4,218 bases of DNA from Escherichia phage Qbeta. How positions within the stretch are numbered: position 1 is the first letter of the stretch; each line of letters starts with the position of its first letter. The stretch lies in sequence record FJ483842.1, one strand, 5' to 3'. The position numbers and the translations under genes are program-made. Shown here one piece after another: positions 1-4,218 of this stretch. The notes beneath the pieces are model-generated. The model made no database searches. It worked only from the letters and a program-made list of their open reading frames with translations, and was not told the origin of the DNA.

Positions 1-61
1 GGGGGACCCCCCTTAGGGGGTCACCTCACACAGCAGTATTTCACTGAGTATAAGAGGACAT
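1..61 (+). promoter_or_regulatory. 5' untranslated leader of a ssRNA phage genome, with a terminal G/C hairpin (C-run 7..12 pairing with G-run 16..20) and the A2 ribosome binding site (GAGG at 54..57)
   Basis: Seen in sequence: the window opens GGGGGACCCCCCTTAGGGGG, in which five Cs can pair with five Gs around a 3-4 nt loop; purine-rich AAGAGGA (52..58) lies 4 nt upstream of the ATG at 62. Established knowledge: levivirus genomes start with a G-run and a stable 5' hairpin, whose complement is the 3' end of the minus strand. Confidence 0.6.
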
Positions 62-1324
62 ATGCCTAAATTACCACGTGGTCTGCGTTTCGGAGCCGAT
101 AATGAAATTCTTAATGATTTTCAGGAGCTCTGGTTTCCAGATCTCTTTATCGAATCTTCCGACACGCATCCGTGGTACACACTGAAAGGTCGTGTGTTGA
201 ACGCTCACATGGATGACCGCTTACCTAATGTAAGTGGTCGCCAAGTACGGCGTACTCCACATCGCGCTACTGTTCCGATTGCCTCTACAGGCCTTCGTCC
301 AGTAACAACCGTTCAGTATGATCCCGCAGCACTATCGTTCTTATTGAACGCTCGTGTTGATTGGGATTTCGGTAATGGCGACAGTGCGGACCTTGTCATT
401 AAAGACTTTGTTTTCCGTACCTTTGCACCTAAGGATTTCGATTTCTCGAATTCCTTAGCTCCTCGTTATACCCAGGCCTTCTCCGCCTTTAATGCCAAAT
501 ATGGCGTTATGATCGGTGAAGGGCTCGAGACTATAAAATATCTCGGGCTTTTACTGCGCAGACTGCGTGAGGGTTACCGCGCTGTTAAGCGCGGCGATTT
601 ACGTGCTCTTCGCAGGGTTATCCAGTCTTACCATAAAGGTAAATGGAAACCGACTACTGCTGGTAATCTCTGGCTTGAATTTCGTTATGGCCTTATGCCT
701 CTCTTCTACGACATCAGAGATGTTATGTTAGATTGGCAGAGCCGCCATGATAAGATTCAACGCCTCCTTCGATTTTCAGTTGGTCATGGTGAGGACTACG
801 TTGTCAAGTTTGACAACTTGTATCCCGCCTTAGCCTACTTTAAACTGAAAGGTGAGATTACTCTCGAACGCCGTCATCGTCATGGCATATCTTACGCGAA
901 TCGCGAAGGATATGCTGTTTTCGATAACGGTTCCCTTCGGCCTGTGTCCGATTGGAAGGAACTTGCCGTCGCGTTCATCAATCCTCACGAAGTTGCTTGG
1001 GAGTTAACTCCTTACAGCTTCGTTGCCGATTGGTTTTTGAACGTTGGCGACATACTTGCTCAGCAAGGTCAGCTATATCATAATATCGAGATCGTAGATG
1101 GTTTCGACAGACGTGACATACGGTTCAAATCATTCACTATTAAAGGTGAACGAAATGGACAGCCTGTTAACGTATCTGCGGACTTATCTACTATCGATAC
1201 ATTTTATAGTCGACTTCATGCTAGCAATATTCCGTTCGCTACACTAGATCTCGATACTACCTTTAGTTCGTTTAAACACGTCCTAGATAGTATCTTTTTA
1301 TTAACCCAACGCATTAAGCGTTGA
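62..1324 (+). CDS. A2: Maturation protein A2 (pilus attachment protein; in Qbeta also the lysis protein, a MurA inhibitor)
   Basis: ORF of 420 aa, ATG at 62 preceded by a Shine-Dalgarno-like AAGAGGA, TGA stop at 1322..1324. It is the first gene, as in the levivirus order maturation - coat - replicase. The protein (MPKLPRGLRFGADNEILNDFQELWFPDLFIESSDTHPWYTLKGRV...) matches my recollection of Qbeta A2 along its whole length, with scattered substitutions; Qbeta A2 is also 420 aa. Confidence 0.93.
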   Translation: MPKLPRGLRFGADNEILNDFQELWFPDLFIESSDTHPWYTLKGRVLNAHMDDRLPNVSGRQVRRTPHRATVPIASTGLRPVTTVQYDPAALSFLLNARVDWDFGNGDSADLVIKDFVFRTFAPKDFDFSNSLAPRYTQAFSAFNAKYGVMIGEGLETIKYLGLLLRRLREGYRAVKRGDLRALRRVIQSYHKGKWKPTTAGNLWLEFRYGLMPLFYDIRDVMLDWQSRHDKIQRLLRFSVGHGEDYVVKFDNLYPALAYFKLKGEITLERRHRHGISYANREGYAVFDNGSLRPVSDWKELAVAFINPHEVAWELTPYSFVADWFLNVGDILAQQGQLYHNIEIVDGFDRRDIRFKSFTIKGERNGQPVNVSADLSTIDTFYSRLHASNIPFATLDLDTTFSSFKHVLDSIFLLTQRIKR

Positions 1325-1345
1325 AACTTTGGGTCAATTTGATCA
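1250..1345 (+). promoter_or_regulatory. Probable S-site region (S1/replicase binding site upstream of the coat start), including a U-rich tract near 1290..1310
   Basis: Seen in sequence: an A/U-rich stretch (TATCTTTTTATTAA at about 1293..1306) at the 3' end of A2, just upstream of the coat initiation region. Established knowledge: Qbeta replicase binds an S-site at about nt 1247..1346 through ribosomal protein S1, which represses coat translation. The boundaries are taken from the literature by position, not derived from this sequence. Confidence 0.35.
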
Positions 1346-1746
1346 TGGCAAAATTAGAGACTGTTACTTTAAGTAACATCGGGAAAGATGGAAAGCAAAC
1401 TCTGGTCCTCAACCCGCGTGGGGTAAATCCCACTAACGGTGTTGCCTCGCTTTCAGAAGCGGGTGCAGTTCCTGCATTGGAGAAGCGTGTTACCGTTTCG
1501 GTATCTCAGCCTTCTCGTAATCGTAAGAACTACAAGGTCCAGGTTAAAATCCAGAACCCGACCGCTTGTCCTGCAAACGGTTCTTGTGACCCATCCGTTA
1601 CTCGCCAGGCATATGCTGACGTGACTTTTTCGTTCACGCAGTATAGCACCGATGAGGAACGAGCTTTTGTTCGTACAGAGCTTGCTGCTCTGCTCGCTGG
1701 TCCTCTGCTGATCGATGCTATCGATCGACTGAACCCAGCGTATTGA
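1345..1746 (+). CDS. cp: Major coat (capsid) protein
   Basis: ATG at 1345..1347 and leaky TGA stop at 1744..1746 give 133 codons. The translation (MAKLETVTLSNIGKDGKQTLVLNPRGVNPTNGVASLSEAGAVPALEKRVTVSVSQPSRNRKNYKVQVKIQNPTACPANGSCDPSVTRQAYADVTFSFTQYSTDEERAFVRTELAALLAGPLLIDAIDRLNPAY) is near-identical to the Qbeta coat as I recall it, including the two Cys of the disulfide-forming loop. The ORF-track start at 1321 is a TTG that overlaps the A2 stop and is not the true start. Confidence 0.95.
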   Translation: MAKLETVTLSNIGKDGKQTLVLNPRGVNPTNGVASLSEAGAVPALEKRVTVSVSQPSRNRKNYKVQVKIQNPTACPANGSCDPSVTRQAYADVTFSFTQYSTDEERAFVRTELAALLAGPLLIDAIDRLNPAY

Positions 1747-2334
1747 ACATTGCTCATTGCCGGTGGTGGCTCAGGGGAAAACCCCGATCCGGTTGATCCG
1801 GATCCACCGATTGATCCGCCGCCAGGGACAGGTAGTTATACTTGTCCCTTCGCAATTTGGTCTCTGGAAGAGGTTTATGAGCCTCCTACCATTGATCGAC
1901 CGTGGCCTATCTATCGTGCTGTTGAACTCTCGTCTCGCAAGTTTGATGTTGCCCTTGATGATCTCTTGGGTAACACTAAATGGCGTGACTGGGATTCTCG
2001 GCTTAGGTATACCACGTTCCGCGGTTGCCGTGGCAATGGTTATATTGACCTTGATGCGACTTATCTCGCTACTGATCAAGCTATGCTCGATCAGAAGTAC
2101 GATATTCGCACGGGCAAAAGACCTGGTGCCTTTGGCAAAATTGAACAATTTATTTATCTTAAGTCGATAAATGCATATTGTTCTCTCAGCGATATTGCGG
2201 CCTATCACGCCGACGGCGTAATAGTTGGCTTTTGGCGCGATCCATCTAGTGGTGGTGCCATACCGTTTGACTTCACTCAGTTTGATAAGACTAAATGTCC
2301 TATTCAAGCCGTGATAGTCGTTCCTCGTGCTTAG
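1345..2334 (+). CDS. A1: A1 read-through protein (minor capsid protein): coat protein extended through the UGA at 1744..1746, about 329 codons
   Basis: Seen in sequence: the 1750..2334 ORF is in the same frame as the coat, and only the single TGA at 1744..1746 separates them. The stop is followed by A (UGA-A, a leaky context). The extension begins with a Gly/Pro-rich linker (GGGSGENPDPVDPDPPIDPPPGTGS) and ends ...CPIQAVIVVPRA, followed by tandem stops TAG TAA (2332..2337). Established knowledge: Qbeta A1 arises from low-frequency read-through of the coat UGA by tRNA-Trp and is needed for infectivity. Confidence 0.85.
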
Positions 2335-2348
2335 TAACTAAGGATGAA

Positions 2349-2368
2349 ATGCATGTCTAAGACAGCAT
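2349..2368 (+). promoter_or_regulatory. Replicase translational operator hairpin (coat-protein binding site) enclosing the replicase start codon
   Basis: Seen in sequence: ATGCATGTCTAAGACAGCAT folds as an 8-bp stem (2349-2352 and 2354-2357 pairing with 2361-2368), with a bulged A at 2353 and a 3-nt loop UAA (2358..2360). The replicase ATG (2353..2355) lies inside the stem. Established knowledge: this is the architecture of the Qbeta operator through which coat protein dimers repress replicase translation. Confidence 0.7.
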
Positions 2369-4122
2369 CTTCGCATAACTCTCTTAGCGCACAATTGCGC
2401 CGAGCTGCGAACACAAGAATTGAGGTTGAAGGTAACCTCGCACTTTCCATTGCCAACGACTTAATGTTGGCATATGGTCAATCGCCATTTAGTTCTGAGT
2501 CTGAGTGTATTTCACTCAGCCCGAAATTCGACGGAACCCCGGATAACTTTAGGATAAATTATCTTAAAGCCGAGATCATGTCGAAGTATGACGATTTCAG
2601 CCTAGGTATTGATACCGAAGCTGCTGCATGGAAGAAGTTTCTAGCAGCAGAGGCTGAATGTGCTTTAACGAACGCTCGTCTCTATAGACCTAACTACAGT
2701 GAGGATTTCAATTTCTCACTGGGTGAGTCGTGTCTTCACATGGCTCGCCGAAAAATAGTTAAGTTGATAGGAGATGCTCCGTCCGTTGAGGGTATGTTGC
2801 GTCATTGCCGATTTTCTGGCGGTGCCACAACAACGAATAACCGTTCATATGGTCATCCGTCCTTCAAGTTTGCGCTTCCACAAGCGTGTACGCCTCGGGC
2901 TTTGAAATATGTTTTGGCTCTTAGAGCTTCAACGCATTTCGATATCAGAGTTTCTGATATTAGCCCTTTTAATAAAGCAGTTACTGTACCAAAGAACAGT
3001 AAAACCGATCGCTGTATTGCTATCGAACCCGGTTGGAATATGTTTTTCCAATTAGGTATCGGTGGCATTTTACGTGATCGGTTGCGTTGTTGGGGTATCG
3101 ACCTGAATGATCAGACGATAAACCAGCACCGCGCTCACGAGGGCTCCGTTACTAATGATTTAGCAACGGTTGATCTCTCAGCGGCAAGCGATTCTATATC
3201 TCTTGCTCTCTGTGAGCTCTTATTACCTCCAGGTTGGTTTGAGGTCCTTACGGATCTCAGATCACCTAAGGGGCAATTGCCTGACGGTAGTGTTATTACC
3301 TATGAGAAAATTTCTTCCATGGGTAATGGTTACACATTCGAGCTCGAGTCGCTTATTTTTGCTTCTCTCGCCCGTTCCGTTTGTGAGATACTGGACTTAG
3401 ACTCATCTGAGGTCACTGTTTACGGAGATGACATTATTTTGCCATCCCGTGCAGTCCCTGCTCTTCAGGAAGTCTTTAAGTATGTTGGTTTTACTACCAA
3501 TACTAAAAAGACTTTCTCTGAGGGGCCGTTCAGAGAGTCGTGCGGTAAGCACTACTATTCTGGCGTAGATGTTACTCCCTTTTACATACGTCGCCGCATA
3601 GTGAGTCCTGCCGATTTAATATTGGTTTTGAATAACCTATATCGGTGGGCCACGATTGACGGCGTATGGGATCCTAGAGCCCATTCTGTATATCTCAAGT
3701 ATCGTAAGCTGCTGCCTAAACAGCTGCAGCGTAATACTATACCTGATGGTTACGGTGATGGTGCTCTCGTCGGATCGGTCTTGATCAATCCTTTCGCGAA
3801 AAACCGCGGGTGGATCCGGTATGTTCCGGTGATCATAGACCATACAAGGGACCGAGAACGCACTGAGTCAGGATCGTATCTCTACGATCTTTTCTCGCGC
3901 TGCTTCTCGGAAAGTAACGATGGGTTGCCTCTAAGGGGTCCGTCGAGTTGCGATCCTGTATATCCACTTGCCATAGATCAGCTTATATGTAAGAGTAATC
4001 CTACAAAAATAAGCAGATCTACTGGTAAGTTTGATGTACAGTATATCGCGTGCAGTAGCCGTGTTCTGGCACCCTACGGGGTCTTCCAGGGCACGAAGGT
4101 TGCGTCTCTACACGAGGCGTAA
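2353..4122 (+). CDS. rep: RNA-dependent RNA polymerase, replicase beta subunit
   Basis: ORF ending at TAA 4120..4122. Starting at ATG 2353 (AGGA at 2341..2344, 8 nt spacer) gives 589 aa, the size of the Qbeta beta subunit; the in-frame ATG at 2344 would add MKC but sits on top of the SD. Catalytic motifs are intact: motif A Asp at 3172..3174 (VDLSAASD) and motif C YGDD at 3421..3432. The sequence MSKTASSHNSLSAQLRRAANTRIEVEGN... matches my recollection of Qbeta replicase, with substitutions. Confidence 0.95.
   Translation: MSKTASSHNSLSAQLRRAANTRIEVEGNLALSIANDLMLAYGQSPFSSESECISLSPKFDGTPDNFRINYLKAEIMSKYDDFSLGIDTEAAAWKKFLAAEAECALTNARLYRPNYSEDFNFSLGESCLHMARRKIVKLIGDAPSVEGMLRHCRFSGGATTTNNRSYGHPSFKFALPQACTPRALKYVLALRASTHFDIRVSDISPFNKAVTVPKNSKTDRCIAIEPGWNMFFQLGIGGILRDRLRCWGIDLNDQTINQHRAHEGSVTNDLATVDLSAASDSISLALCELLLPPGWFEVLTDLRSPKGQLPDGSVITYEKISSMGNGYTFELESLIFASLARSVCEILDLDSSEVTVYGDDIILPSRAVPALQEVFKYVGFTTNTKKTFSEGPFRESCGKHYYSGVDVTPFYIRRRIVSPADLILVLNNLYRWATIDGVWDPRAHSVYLKYRKLLPKQLQRNTIPDGYGDGALVGSVLINPFAKNRGWIRYVPVIIDHTRDRERTESGSYLYDLFSRCFSESNDGLPLRGPSSCDPVYPLAIDQLICKSNPTKISRSTGKFDVQYIACSSRVLAPYGVFQGTKVASLHEA
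2545..2870 (+). promoter_or_regulatory. Approximate M-site (internal replicase binding site) within the replicase gene
   Basis: Established knowledge only: in Qbeta the M-site lies at about nt 2545..2867. It is placed here by positional homology, since the window appears collinear with Qbeta with a +1 offset. I did not fold this region and cannot confirm the branched structure. Confidence 0.3.
2973..2980 (+). other. Candidate upstream partner of the long-range pseudoknot with the 3'-terminal hairpin loop
   Basis: Seen in sequence: TAAAGCAG (2973..2980) can pair antiparallel with CTGCTTTG (4196..4203) in the loop of the 3'-terminal hairpin, 7 Watson-Crick pairs plus one G-U. Established knowledge: Qbeta needs a pseudoknot between the 3' hairpin loop and a sequence about 1200 nt upstream, near the M-site; the distance here is about 1220 nt. 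Confidence 0.45.
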
Positions 4123-4218
4123 CCTGGGAGGGCGCTATTATAGCGCCTAGTTGTGAATCAATTATCACAACTACTCTTACGAGTGAGAGAGGGATCTGCT
4201 TTGCCCTCTCTCCTCCCA
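4123..4218 (+). promoter_or_regulatory. 3' untranslated region with three hairpins (4131..4147, 4151..4170, 4185..4212) and the 3'-terminal CUCCCA tail, the initiation site for minus-strand synthesis
   Basis: Seen in sequence: GGCGCTA/TAGCGCC stem (4131-4137 with 4141-4147, loop TTA); TTGTGA/TCACAA stem (4151-4156 with 4165-4170); GAGAGAGGG/CCCTCTCTC 9-bp stem (4185-4193 with 4204-4212, 10-nt loop ATCTGCTTTG), followed by a single-stranded CTCCCA 3' end. Established knowledge: levivirus RNAs end in ...CCCA, with replicase initiating opposite the penultimate C. Confidence 0.7.

Noticed and set aside
1321-1347. ORF-track coat start at 1321 (MKLWVNLIMAKLE…).
   Set aside because: Position 1321 is a TTG overlapping the A2 stop codon. 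The coat N-terminus AKLETVTL… begins at the ATG at 1345, which gives the expected 133-codon coat.
1439-1624. Small +3-frame ORF (61 aa) inside the coat gene, and a +2-frame ORF at 3170..3400 inside the replicase gene.
   Set aside because: Short off-frame ORFs entirely nested in strongly supported genes, with no recognisable ribosome binding site or known levivirus counterpart.
1877-2170. Overlapping +2-frame ORF inside the A1 read-through domain (TTG at 1757, or ATG at 1877 with GAGG 3 nt upstream). It encodes a strongly hydrophobic peptide (…GLSIVLLNSRLASLMLPLMISWVTLNGVTGILGLGIPRSAVAVAMVILTLMRLISLLIKL…) that superficially resembles an embedded single-gene lysis protein.
   Set aside because: Qbeta-type phages lyse via A2 and no such gene is known in this well-studied family. 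The SD spacing is poor (3 nt). Hydrophobic off-frame ORFs arise easily by chance from U-rich second codon positions. A search for conservation of the open frame across Qbeta-group genomes would settle it; without that I do not call it.
1530-3843. Reverse-strand ORFs from the six-frame track (1530..1757, 1771..2307, 2853..3068, 3637..3843, all minus strand).
   Set aside because: In a plus-strand RNA phage the minus strand is a replication intermediate and is not translated. These ORFs lie antisense to known genes and have no start signals.
1-4218. The possibility that the window carries a novel defence system, mobile element, CRISPR array or other undescribed cassette.
   Set aside because: The whole window is accounted for by a canonical four-product allolevivirus genome with intact termini. 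There are no direct repeats, inverted terminal repeats, integrase or transposase-like ORFs, or spacer-repeat periodicity.

Overview
This window is not a DNA locus with an unknown system: it reads as a complete cDNA copy of a Qbeta-like single-stranded RNA coliphage genome (allolevivirus / Qubevirus type), 4218 nt, plus sense. The evidence is the gene order and sizes, the protein sequences (recognised from memory, not from a search), and the terminal structures. Four products are encoded on the + strand: maturation/lysis protein A2 (62..1324, 420 aa), coat protein (1345..1746, 133 codons), the A1 minor capsid protein made by read-through of the leaky coat UGA stop (1345..2334), and the RNA-dependent RNA polymerase beta subunit (2353..4122, 589 aa). 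The window begins with a G-run/C-run 5' hairpin and ends with a 3' hairpin followed by ...CUCCCA, so both genome termini appear to be present. RNA-level regulatory elements are visible: the replicase translational operator hairpin, 3' UTR hairpins, and loop complementarity consistent with a long-range pseudoknot. I see no separate lysis gene, no CRISPR array, no mobile element and no unexplained ORF that I can support. The only mild novelty is a scatter of amino-acid differences from the Qbeta sequences as I remember them, suggesting a variant or close relative.
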